From: an uncultured Oligoflexia bacterium
GTDB taxonomy: Bacteria > Bdellovibrionota > UBA1018 > CAYHWW01
Assembly (NCBI GenBank): GCA_964475985.1
Contig: CAYYYP010000005.1
Location: forward strand, 15,269-79,268
Length of the DNA: 64,000 nucleotides
Reading direction: 5' to 3'
The translations under genes were made by a program, and so were the position numbers. The notes below the pieces were generated by a model that saw nothing but the letters and a program-made list of their open reading frames with translations, searched no databases and had not been told where the DNA came from. Shown here one piece after another: positions 26,311 to 35,390 of the stretch (position 1 is the first letter of the stretch; each line of letters opens with the position of its first letter).

Positions 26311-28972
26311 AACTCAAATGTAAACTCATCGTACCTAAAACAAAATCACCAAGGTCAAATTCCAAATATTCTGTGGTATTTCCCGCAACTTCCCGTTGAG
26401 GCCCGTTCTCAAAATTTTTGCCCCATCCGCCAGAGATCTTAGGGCCGCTCGCAAAATAACCAGACTGACGCAAAGCGCCGTTAGTTGCATTGCGACACAA
26501 GCTGTCCCATGCACAGAAAATTTCAAATGAAATAAAGCCACCGCCAAATGCCATCCGTTGAAGCATCAGGTTTTCCAGGGACTCACCGCTAGCCAATCGA
26601 CCGTTGCCTACCCATCTCAACCACTGTGCCCAGGGACCCACCGAGAATCCTAATGTGTTTTCAGGTTTCCCAAAGGAAATTCTTGAACTGGACTCCAAGC
26701 CAAAGCCCTGAGCAAAAGCAAAATGATCTTCAGAATTATTTACGTGGGTGAATCGAACGCGTGCCCCTTGAACAAAAAGTATCCAAGGATGCAAAATGAC
26801 TTCCCCATAACCCTCAAGGGTAGACTCCGAGGCTCCGGCGCCCACGAGTGAACGAGAAATATTTAAGGGGGCAGAGAGGTTTGCCTCTAACATACCGTAA
26901 CGTAGTGCTCCGTAGGCGGCCATTAACCTGGTCTCAAGTCTTGGCCTGAATCCACGCCAATCGCCGAGCTCGGTGAGTCGCACACCCGCGCGCATTTCCC
27001 AAGCAAGCGTAGGGCTCATCGTGTAGCTCACAAAAGCTTCCGGAGAAATGAGATGAAGGTGGTTGTCCCAAAATGACTCCTGACTCACGATGACCCCTAA
27101 CCGCCAAGCAGTCTGTTTTAGCGGTGTATGAAAAATCAGGTTTTTTTCCGTCGTAGAAAATTCATCTAAAAACACGCCATTAAATTCAAAACCAAAGTAA
27201 TGCGATTGCGGCAATGCCAGTTCATTTACCAAAATCGCTTCCGCCGTTTTTGTACCCTCAGCGGCTTGAAGTTCAACGGATTTTGCGGCCACTTCATTTC
27301 TTTTTGCGAGATCAATTTCTTGCAAACGGGAAACGACGTCAACCAAAGTTAGTCGTTCGGCAGGTAACCGTTTTTCTATCTCTGCTTCAAGCCGCGGCAA
27401 TTGTGGTCCGATTAGCCTGGCCTCCGTATCGGTTAGCCCACCAGCCTCATACTTTGCGATGAAACCGATGGCCGTAAGTACCGGTGCATTTGAGAAAGTA
27501 AAATTTTTAAGCTGGCCCTGAAATTCAAGCAGACCAGAAGCCTCTCCACTCCAAAGGTACCTTAAAAAAAGCTGTTCAAGCACGTGGGTTTTTAATTTGG
27601 TAAGCCCTGGCCTGGCTTCAAGTTTTCGCCAAAGCTCCATGTATGACTTTCTTGCTTCCTCATTTTTTTGCTGAGCCTCAAGGCTAGCCACCAGGAGTCG
27701 GTAGTCCTTCCAAAGTTCTTCCCCGCTCAAAATCCCCGCGGATTGGGCTAAGGCGTTAGGGAAGGGAGTTAAAAGTTCTAAGAACTTAAGTAGGAAATAG
27801 GACCGTTGCTTCAGTCGCTTCATTGCGGCTTTTGGATCTTCACCCGCAACTAAGGCTTGCATGATTTGTTCAGCAAGTTGTGGGTCATGGAAATCTAATG
27901 CTGCTTGGGCAAAGCTTCGCCATGTTTCCCGCGAAATCTTTAAATCCCCGATCAAGTTATCATCAAAAAGAAATTCCCTAAGGGCTTGCCGAGCGACCCG
28001 CGCTCCATCGGCTCCGATACCGGCTTGCACGTGCAGGGCATCAAGTTTGAGCTGCAAAAAGTCAATTCCGCGCTGAGTAAGCAGAGCCTGGTGTGTAAGC
28101 GCTAGTTGAAAAAGCGAGTAAGCTTCGCCCTTAAGCGCAGGAAATTTAGCGGCATCAAAGGCAATATCCAGAAATGCGTGGATCTCGGCATTCCATTCAC
28201 GTACGGAAATTTTTTGGCAATAGTTCAAGTAGTCCAGCAGGGCACGGCGCAGCTGTGAGAAGTCACTTAAGTTCGTGTCTCGAAAGTTTCGTTCAGCGCG
28301 GCTTACCCAATAATTTAGTCGGAAAATCGTAATTCCGTAGGCCTTAACGCTTTTGTCATCACCCAGAATTTCAAACGCACGCTTAAAGTTTCCTTGGCTT
28401 GCAAGGGTACGAAGCCACCGGTTGAAATCATCAAGGGGTAAAAGACTTTGGCGCCAAATTTTTTCATAAACCCGCAGCGCATCGGGCGCCGATTGCAGCC
28501 ACTCATAATCATGGGCTAACCGCAGATAACGGGCGGGCCCTGACTGCGGAGCCGTCACCACCTCTTCCCCCCTGAGATTTTGCACGTGCGGTAACGGAAT
28601 TTTATTATCCCATAGATATTCCTCAACTCGGGCGGCTTCCAGCGCCCGGCCCTGCCACCTCAGTTGCCGCAACAGACGCTCCCAATAGTTTTTATTGTTA
28701 GGCCTGAGTTTCGTAAGGTCATAAAGAATTTTTATGGCCTCTGAAACATTGCCTTCCACTTCCAGCACATCCACCATTTGCCTTAACGCCACGGCATCTG
28801 GCATTTTCGTAAGCATAGCCCGCCGGAGAATCGGCTCGGCAAGTTCTGGCTGAAAGCTTTGAAAACGCAAGGCCGCTAACTCGGTGTCACTTGGCATGGT
28901 AAAAAACAGACTCAGCGCACCCATGCTAAAAAAAGCCAAAATTAAACTAGGATCCATGAAATTTCGTTTCAC
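26195..28972 (-). CDS. pelB: PelB-like TPR scaffold with a C-terminal outer-membrane beta-barrel
   Basis: 925 aa with an N-terminal signal/anchor and many TPR-like helices. The C-terminal roughly 300 aa show alternating hydrophobic beta-strand character and end ...GIFSWWF (a terminal aromatic). Confidence 0.55.
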   Translation of the reverse strand: MKRNFMDPSLILAFFSMGALSLFFTMPSDTELAALRFQSFQPELAEPILRRAMLTKMPDAVALRQMVDVLEVEGNVSEAIKILYDLTKLRPNNKNYWERLLRQLRWQGRALEAARVEEYLWDNKIPLPHVQNLRGEEVVTAPQSGPARYLRLAHDYEWLQSAPDALRVYEKIWRQSLLPLDDFNRWLRTLASQGNFKRAFEILGDDKSVKAYGITIFRLNYWVSRAERNFRDTNLSDFSQLRRALLDYLNYCQKISVREWNAEIHAFLDIAFDAAKFPALKGEAYSLFQLALTHQALLTQRGIDFLQLKLDALHVQAGIGADGARVARQALREFLFDDNLIGDLKISRETWRSFAQAALDFHDPQLAEQIMQALVAGEDPKAAMKRLKQRSYFLLKFLELLTPFPNALAQSAGILSGEELWKDYRLLVASLEAQQKNEEARKSYMELWRKLEARPGLTKLKTHVLEQLFLRYLWSGEASGLLEFQGQLKNFTFSNAPVLTAIGFIAKYEAGGLTDTEARLIGPQLPRLEAEIEKRLPAERLTLVDVVSRLQEIDLAKRNEVAAKSVELQAAEGTKTAEAILVNELALPQSHYFGFEFNGVFLDEFSTTEKNLIFHTPLKQTAWRLGVIVSQESFWDNHLHLISPEAFVSYTMSPTLAWEMRAGVRLTELGDWRGFRPRLETRLMAAYGALRYGMLEANLSAPLNISRSLVGAGASESTLEGYGEVILHPWILFVQGARVRFTHVNNSEDHFAFAQGFGLESSSRISFGKPENTLGFSVGPWAQWLRWVGNGRLASGESLENLMLQRMAFGGGFISFEIFCAWDSLCRNATNGALRQSGYFASGPKISGGWGKNFENGPQREVAGNTTEYLEFDLGDFVLGTMSLHLSYGFYTSQLFNANAPGSATEPTGGFAGVHVAKGIFSWWF

Positions 28973-31077
28973 AGGCGTCGCACCTCGATGGTTTGCGGCA
29001 CGGACTTTACCTCAAAATCCAAAGCGAGGATTCGTTTATCCTTAGACCGCACTTTACCTCCTACTACCGTAACCCCTTCAAGCGAAGTGTCTCTCGCCTC
29101 AAGAATTAAGGGACCTCGTGCCCAAGCCGCTAATTTCACCCGTATACCTTTCTTTGTCGGCAGCACATCAAAGGCGTCCACAACTCCCCCAACACTTTGC
29201 AACGCAAATGGAAGGGAGGAATTCATAAACCGGCAATGCGGACTTCGGTAGATTTGAACTTTAAGGTTTTGTCGATGCGGCATGGGATGCAAGTAAGTTT
29301 TATTTTTAATCCGAACAGATCCCATGAAATCCTTGGACGACACACAGAAGCCTGGGTCCTCCAGTCGAAAATCCGCCACGTTACCCACATTGCGAATCTC
29401 CAGAGTGTTGGGTTTACCCAACTCATGGTAAAAATCAGTCTCTAAAAATCCCTCGACGGCGCGTATATAAGTGGTCGGCGGCACCAGGGCAATCTCCTCG
29501 GAGTGAGCTTTAAACCAACGAATGATATTTTTTAATGCCAGGAGGGATTGCGGTCTTTCACCTGAGTAAAAATGAAAATACGCATTGGCCGGTTTCAATG
29601 TGAAACCCAAGGGTGAGTTAAGGCCGGTATTTTCATAGGTTTGAATGACACTTTCAAATCCGCGGTAATTTTTTGTAAACCCATCAGTGTAAATGAAGTC
29701 ATTGGCGTTTCCAGAAAACACCTGGAAGCCCGAGGCCCAAGGCCTCCCAAGTGGCGCCAAAAAAGCCAAGGAAGGAAACACCGTATCAAATCTAGAATCA
29801 CCGCCGTTTAAGTTATAAAGTCCGGCGGCCTTCGTCATTCTCATTGCCCGCTCCCCCGGAACGCAGCCGCCCGACCAGTAAATCGTTTCAACCTCAGATT
29901 CTTTTTTTTGCAAAAGCTTCGCAATGGCGCTGCGGGATTTGAGGATCTCTATCTCAAGGTCTATTTTCTCGCGCGAACCATCATCAAAACTGGTCGTACC
30001 CCTCATCCAATTCAGAGGATGAAAAAAAGTATGCGTAGCAAACTCTACATTTTTTAAATTTCCAAAACTTTTTACAATGGACTCTGTTCGTTCATTCCCC
30101 AGGTGCCGGCTTAAGACTTCGCTTGCGATAAAGGAGACGCCAAAGGGAATGTCAGGATTTCTCAGGAGAATTTCATCCCGGATCACTTCGCCGGAGAGGG
30201 GCTCTGGTTGTTTTTCAAAATGCGCTTCCGAGGAAAAACCATCACCATCGGTGTGTAAAAAAGCAATCCTGCGACCGTTCAGAACCGAAACGTCAGGAAC
30301 GATCATTTCTTTCGGTAAACCTAAAGCCCGTTGCAAAAATAATATGGGGTTTACAACCCATTGCCGCCTTTCTGAGCCTACGTCACTGAAGAGGCCGAAG
30401 TTCCCGTAGGCCCAAGAGAAGTTTTTTGCGGAGTGCGCGATCTGACTGAATAAAATCGATTCCTGGGCGCCCTTAGGCGAACCCATGGCGAGAAGCGTCT
30501 CGCCCGCATGGGCCCTAACTCTTAAAGTAACAAAGTCGTCCACCCACTCCGGGGACTTTCTCTCAAAATCTAAAACGGCCGCCTGATTTTTAATCACCTT
30601 CAAACCAAAGGGTTTGGTTTCAAAGTGCTGATACTCCGCCCCCCATCGCAAAAAGAATTCGTTTAGATTTGCGGCCGGGATCTGTGATAAAAAACCAAAG
30701 CTTCCAAAGGCGATCCACTTAAGTCTGGTCTGCGCTAAAGAATTGAGCCAACGGAAAAGTTTTTGATGATTGACCAGACTTTCCGAAAAAAAAAGGGTCG
30801 CTACGGCGCGAACTTTATTGTCCTGAATCAATTCCGAAGCAGGTGGCAACGTCTGGGTATCAATGTCGATGAGGCGGGTGCGCATCCCCAGCAACTGCAG
30901 AGGGAACTCTAGGGCAAGGCTCGCGGGGTTATCCGAAATACTGCCCGATTCCTTAGAGGACCAGAGGCAGATCACTTCCCTTGGAAAAGGAAGAGACGCT
31001 GAAAAGGCAAACCGCGGAAAAAAATCTACCAAAATCAAACAAATGAAAAAGATTTTTATTTGATTTTTTTTCCCCAT
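28969..31077 (-). CDS. pelA: PelA-like polysaccharide deacetylase (CE4) lacking the N-terminal GH114 hydrolase module
   Basis: 702 aa with a signal peptide. It has CE4-like motif 1 (AFLHTDGDGF) and motif 2 (ATHTFFHP). This length fits the reductase-like, CE4 and jelly-roll parts of PelA without the hydrolase domain. Confidence 0.55.
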   Translation of the reverse strand: MGKKNQIKIFFICLILVDFFPRFAFSASLPFPREVICLWSSKESGSISDNPASLALEFPLQLLGMRTRLIDIDTQTLPPASELIQDNKVRAVATLFFSESLVNHQKLFRWLNSLAQTRLKWIAFGSFGFLSQIPAANLNEFFLRWGAEYQHFETKPFGLKVIKNQAAVLDFERKSPEWVDDFVTLRVRAHAGETLLAMGSPKGAQESILFSQIAHSAKNFSWAYGNFGLFSDVGSERRQWVVNPILFLQRALGLPKEMIVPDVSVLNGRRIAFLHTDGDGFSSEAHFEKQPEPLSGEVIRDEILLRNPDIPFGVSFIASEVLSRHLGNERTESIVKSFGNLKNVEFATHTFFHPLNWMRGTTSFDDGSREKIDLEIEILKSRSAIAKLLQKKESEVETIYWSGGCVPGERAMRMTKAAGLYNLNGGDSRFDTVFPSLAFLAPLGRPWASGFQVFSGNANDFIYTDGFTKNYRGFESVIQTYENTGLNSPLGFTLKPANAYFHFYSGERPQSLLALKNIIRWFKAHSEEIALVPPTTYIRAVEGFLETDFYHELGKPNTLEIRNVGNVADFRLEDPGFCVSSKDFMGSVRIKNKTYLHPMPHRQNLKVQIYRSPHCRFMNSSLPFALQSVGGVVDAFDVLPTKKGIRVKLAAWARGPLILEARDTSLEGVTVVGGKVRSKDKRILALDFEVKSVPQTIEVRRL

Positions 31078-31149
31078 GCCTTTGTAGTCTACAGGTTTTT
31101 TTTCTTTCTTCCATTCTTGCGTTCTTTGGGACTAGGCTATGACTTCATC

Positions 31150-31455
31150 ATGAAGGACCTCTCCCAAATTTTAAAAGACATCATGGGCCGCAATGAAACG
31201 TTCAAACGCAAAGAGCGTGAGTACAGTCTGCTTAACCAATGGGATAAAGTGGTGGGCGCTAGGCTTGCGCAGCATACTAAACCGCTTTATGTCACCCAAG
31301 AGGGAGTCCTGCTGGTAGCTACGGAGAGTTCCATTTGGAGTCATCAACTGAAATTTTTGGAGCGCCAAATCATTGAGCGGGTCAAAAAAGATGATCCTCA
31401 GTCCCGGGTAGTATCCATTCGTTTCATCGTAAAAACTGACCTCCAAAGCCTTTAG
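31150..31455 (+). CDS. DUF721/DciA-like small protein
   Basis: 101 aa from the ATG at 31150. The pattern WDKVVGARLAQHTKPLYVTQEGVLLVATESSIWSHQLKFLERQIIERVKK fits the DUF721 family. Confidence 0.4.
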   Translation: MKDLSQILKDIMGRNETFKRKEREYSLLNQWDKVVGARLAQHTKPLYVTQEGVLLVATESSIWSHQLKFLERQIIERVKKDDPQSRVVSIRFIVKTDLQSL

Positions 31456-31562
31456 TTGAGTAAGGCCACTTTGACACAGGGCTGATTTCCATAGGGAATC
31501 CTTTACCCATGCGCCACAGACTTGGTGAAGAGTTCATATTCCTTTACAATAAGAAGTGTTGA

Positions 31563-31598
31563 GGGGAGTTGGCTCCCCGGGGGTATTCGGGGGTATTC
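31563..31598 (+). promoter_or_regulatory. hairpin plus 10-bp tandem direct repeat overlapping the RBS of the 31599 lipoprotein gene
   Basis: GGGGAGttggCTCCCC is a 6-bp-stem hairpin (31563-31578). It is followed by 2 x GGGGGTATTC (31579-31598), which abut the ATG. Confidence 0.3.
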
Positions 31599-32765
31599 AT
31601 GACAAAGGGTTCAAGGTCCGTTCAATTCGGTTTTTTCGCGATCCTAGGGATCGTTCTGATGGGCCTTTCTGGCTGCAAACCACAATACATAAAAATGCTA
31701 GGTAAAGGTGGAAATGGCGGTGCTGGTGGCCCGTCCGCCGGCAGCACTAGTTTAGTTGCGGCCGAAGTGCTTCCCTCTCCCACTTCGGTTTCGACAAGGG
31801 CTGCTGTCCTTTCCATGAGCGGTGTTCCGCTGGCGCCCCAGGTCATGCAAATTGGCGGAGAACATCTCGACGCGGTCACTCAGATCACCATTGGTTCGGA
31901 AATCTGCACCATCTTTGATGCTACCCAAACTGCTGAAAAAGTGACCTGCATTGTTCCAGGCTCTTCTATACTTAACGCCATGCGCACTACCTCAGTTTCG
32001 GTACCGGTTACCCTTTACAATGCCCGTAGGACTGCAGTTACGGCGGGAAACTTCATCTATACAACTTTTCCGGACGACTGCATTTACGCCAACGTCATGC
32101 ATCAACTTTTAGACCGCGCTCCCACTACTTCAGAAATCGTACTGGCGGGGGATGGAGCCGATCCCTTAAACCGTATGGTTTCAAAAATATATACCCTCTT
32201 CTCATCTCCCGAATACAAAACGCACGCCGTAAAATCCCAATTTGTTATCCCACCCCTTTTCGAACAGCCCACCGCGATGGAATTCCAAGGCATCATTGAT
32301 GCAGTGCCAGCACCTTATTCGAACTTTAGACTTCGCAAAGAAATTCTGAAATCTTCCCGTTGGCAGCGGTTATTGGGAGAGCATACAGCTAACTCTTTTG
32401 AAGCATCCCGGGTGATCGGCAATTCCATTTTTTTAAGGGACACCTCTGATTTGGATCCCATTTATACAATTATCCTAAATAACCTTAATTACGACGCTTC
32501 ACTACCTTTCCAGGGAGCCAGCGATACGGAGTATTTCATAAATAACTTCGCCAGTAGACCCGCCTACCATTCCTCCATGGTGGACCTTTTGTGGAGCAAG
32601 TTTTTTGGCTCCGATTACAACGCACTTCGCGAAACTCACCGCGCCAACTTGACCAGCACATTAGTGGACGCCGGAACCAATCGTGGCACTCAGGAAGAAT
32701 CAACGATGGTGAGTATTTTAATCACGAACGATTATTCAAGGTACCGCAACTGCTCTGTTCTCTAA
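31599..32765 (+). CDS. hypothetical lipoprotein with an Ig-like (IPT/TIG-like) region
   Basis: ATG at 31599. The lipobox is LMGLSGC. A Gly-rich linker follows. Confidence 0.5.
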   Translation: MTKGSRSVQFGFFAILGIVLMGLSGCKPQYIKMLGKGGNGGAGGPSAGSTSLVAAEVLPSPTSVSTRAAVLSMSGVPLAPQVMQIGGEHLDAVTQITIGSEICTIFDATQTAEKVTCIVPGSSILNAMRTTSVSVPVTLYNARRTAVTAGNFIYTTFPDDCIYANVMHQLLDRAPTTSEIVLAGDGADPLNRMVSKIYTLFSSPEYKTHAVKSQFVIPPLFEQPTAMEFQGIIDAVPAPYSNFRLRKEILKSSRWQRLLGEHTANSFEASRVIGNSIFLRDTSDLDPIYTIILNNLNYDASLPFQGASDTEYFINNFASRPAYHSSMVDLLWSKFFGSDYNALRETHRANLTSTLVDAGTNRGTQEESTMVSILITNDYSRYRNCSVL

Positions 32766-32769
32766 CCCT

Positions 32770-33279
32770 TTAAGCCGCCTCACCCCGAAGCAGACGCAAA
32801 ATCCAAATAAAAACCATACCGGCCAGAATGCTGAGAAGAAAAATAAACACTGGCCAAAGATTTAAGAGTTCACGTTTCGGTTTTACCGAAGTTGCAGGCA
32901 CTTCAATGGGAGCGCTGACTCGAGACGCACCCGCCTGAGTTTTAGGCTGCCAAGACTGAGCCTCCAAAGAATTTGTAATGGTCTTTGATTCTTCTCCCGC
33001 GGCCGTTCCTTCGGGATCTAACGCCTTTTCCCTTCGATTTTCTAACGCCTGCACTAAGATGTTTTTTTCAATATTAAAATGCCTGTAAATTTCCTCAAAG
33101 GAATCCACGGAAAACCAGTACCCATTAGACGGGCAAAGCTCGTCTTTGGGATTCATATAACTGCCCAGTAGCATTTCCTTCACCTGAGACTCATAAAAAG
33201 GTCCCTGAATATCGGCACTGTACTGATTCCATTTGCGCAGCAGCCAAAGCTCAGACTTTTCGGTTGGCGCAGAATTCAT
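32770..33279 (-). CDS. hypothetical C-terminally membrane-anchored protein
   Basis: 169 aa. The C-terminus carries a hydrophobic helix, LWPVFIFLLSILAGMVFIWIL. Confidence 0.35.
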   Translation of the reverse strand: MNSAPTEKSELWLLRKWNQYSADIQGPFYESQVKEMLLGSYMNPKDELCPSNGYWFSVDSFEEIYRHFNIEKNILVQALENRREKALDPEGTAAGEESKTITNSLEAQSWQPKTQAGASRVSAPIEVPATSVKPKRELLNLWPVFIFLLSILAGMVFIWILRLLRGEAA

Positions 33280-33281
33280 GA

Positions 33282-34556
33282 TTACCGCGGCACACTCGTA
33301 AGTAAGGTTTTGATGTCAGAATCGGAGAAACGAACCCCCGCGCCAACAAACGCATTGCGGGTTTGCCGATAAAGTAAATCATCACCCCCGCCCCAAAGGT
33401 AAAAGGGCCTGAACACATGAACTTCTAAGCCAAGATTAAATTGAGGGGGCCTGCCTGGCTGGAAATTATAAACTTCAGAAATCAATTTGATCTTTTTTTC
33501 CAGCAATCCTACATAATCCACGGCCACGCCGCCCGAACTTTCAAAGAGACCGGCGCGTATGACAAAGTCACCAAATAATTTCGCAAACTGAAGGTTAAAG
33601 GTCACTTGAGTTTGTTGTTGAAGCGTCGTGTCCGTTACGTTGGTAGTGGAACCATTGCTTGTGGTCTCAAGCCTAGTGCGGGAAATGAAACCCTGGGGAC
33701 TGCTGGTAATGCCCAATAAATAATATTTATCATAGGTGGGCTGAATCCAGGCAGAAACAGAGGTTTTAGCGCCCCCGGTTGAAGTCATAGCGCCACTACG
33801 GGCGTCCAATAGGATACTTAGTTTATCTGCCTTGCTTAAAAATTTATTTACGCCAGAAATCGCCGTATTTAAACGATCCACGGTTTCCGAATCATTCAAT
33901 AGTTTACCGATGGTACCTTCACCCCGGGCGACTTTTGAAGTCGCAACCCTTAGGTCATCGGCGATCTCATTTAATTTTTCCGTCAGATCACCCAGGCGGT
34001 TTAAGCCCGCAAGGCCTGCGGAGAAGTCTTCGATATTTTCCGCAATGCGGTCAAGTCGTGTGGACCCGTCTTCATCCTCACCCTTCATGGCGTCTTTCAG
34101 CACATGGGTGATCTCCGATAGATTATCTACGACCTTTCCCACTTTTTCCGTAAGGTCTTCAATGTTGGTACCGCCCGCACTTTCGGAAAGGTATCCACCC
34201 TCTTCAAGCACCGGCTGATCTTCGGTGCCAGGGGTTAAAGCTAAAAATTTATCTCCTAAAAAACCGATGCTCTTTACGGAAACCGCCGCATTAGCCTTGA
34301 TGCTAACTTCGCCGCCAATGATCAAAGTCACCCGTGCTTGTTTATCCAGCAGCTCAATATTTTCAATTTGACCTACGTCAAGCCCTGCCATCTTAATTTT
34401 GCTTTTGGTAAGCAGACCCGTGGCATCATGAATTTTAGCGTAATAACGTTTAACCCCCGCAAATGCGAAACGGTTCTGAGTGATGCGGGTCGTCATATAA
34501 ATGAGCGATGCGATGGCACAGAAAACAAAAAGCCCGGCCTTAAATGCTGACGTCAT
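33282..34556 (-). CDS. mlaD: MlaD/MCE-domain protein with a long helical C-terminal extension
   Basis: An N-terminal transmembrane helix is followed by an MCE domain (KMAGLDVGQIENIELLD...VSIKANAAVSVKSIGFLGDKFLALTPG). It is 424 aa in total. Confidence 0.65.
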   Translation of the reverse strand: MTSAFKAGLFVFCAIASLIYMTTRITQNRFAFAGVKRYYAKIHDATGLLTKSKIKMAGLDVGQIENIELLDKQARVTLIIGGEVSIKANAAVSVKSIGFLGDKFLALTPGTEDQPVLEEGGYLSESAGGTNIEDLTEKVGKVVDNLSEITHVLKDAMKGEDEDGSTRLDRIAENIEDFSAGLAGLNRLGDLTEKLNEIADDLRVATSKVARGEGTIGKLLNDSETVDRLNTAISGVNKFLSKADKLSILLDARSGAMTSTGGAKTSVSAWIQPTYDKYYLLGITSSPQGFISRTRLETTSNGSTTNVTDTTLQQQTQVTFNLQFAKLFGDFVIRAGLFESSGGVAVDYVGLLEKKIKLISEVYNFQPGRPPQFNLGLEVHVFRPFYLWGGGDDLLYRQTRNAFVGAGVRFSDSDIKTLLTSVPR

Positions 34557-35380
34557 ATCGTTGCCTCAGGTGCGTGGCGAGCGACGTGGCTTCGCTCTGC
34601 GTCTAAAAAACTTTTCACCATGGGGTGATCACAATTTTGAAATTCATGGGGAGTCCCAAAAAACACGATTTCGCCTCGATGTAAGAAAGCCAGTTGATCT
34701 GCACAATTCACCGCAGAGAACATATCATGACTGATCACCACTGATGTCAAACCAAAACGCCGATTTGTTTGCACAATAAGCTCATCAACCGTATTTCTGG
34801 TAACCGGATCAAGCCCCGTAGTAGGCTCATCATAAAGGATGATTCGTGGTTCCAGAATAATTGCCCTGGCCAGGGCCACCCGCCGTTTCATCCCGCCAGA
34901 AATTTCCCGCGGAAACTTATCTCCGACTTTTTCGATATCAAGCCCTACGGCACTGAGTTTTTCGGCAACCTTGGCGTGCATTTCATCTCTAGAGAGCTTG
35001 GTGTGTTCAACCAGCGGGAAGCTCACATTGCCAAAAACTGTAAAATCATCGAAAAGGGCAGAACTTTGAAATAACATCCCAAAGTTTTTCCGAATTTCAT
35101 TCATATGCCTGGGATCCGTGCCCACCATGGGTTCACCGTTGATAAAAATCTCGCCAGAATCAGGGATTAAAAGCCCAAGCACGTGTTTGAGTAATACGGA
35201 CTTTCCTGAACCGGAAGAACCGAGAAGAAAAGTAACTTTGCCTTCCCATGCTGTAAAGTTCACTCCCTTTAGAATCTCATCTCGGCCCTTTCGAAAACTT
35301 TTTCTTAAGTTTCTGATCTCAATAGCCGGAACGTTTGGCCCGCCTGGGGACACTTTCTGATTTAAATTTTTCAACATCAA
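34553..35380 (-). CDS. mlaF: ABC transporter ATP-binding protein, MlaF-like
   Basis: Walker A GSSGSGKS, signature LSGGMKRRVALARA and Walker B ILYDEPTTGLD. Confidence 0.75.
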   Translation of the reverse strand: MMLKNLNQKVSPGGPNVPAIEIRNLRKSFRKGRDEILKGVNFTAWEGKVTFLLGSSGSGKSVLLKHVLGLLIPDSGEIFINGEPMVGTDPRHMNEIRKNFGMLFQSSALFDDFTVFGNVSFPLVEHTKLSRDEMHAKVAEKLSAVGLDIEKVGDKFPREISGGMKRRVALARAIILEPRIILYDEPTTGLDPVTRNTVDELIVQTNRRFGLTSVVISHDMFSAVNCADQLAFLHRGEIVFFGTPHEFQNCDHPMVKSFLDAERSHVARHAPEATI

Positions 35381-35390
35381 ATCATAATCC

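Noticed and set aside
34769-35360. 76-101-aa plus-strand ORFs inside mlaF
   Set aside because: They are antisense to an ABC ATPase that has intact Walker and signature motifs.
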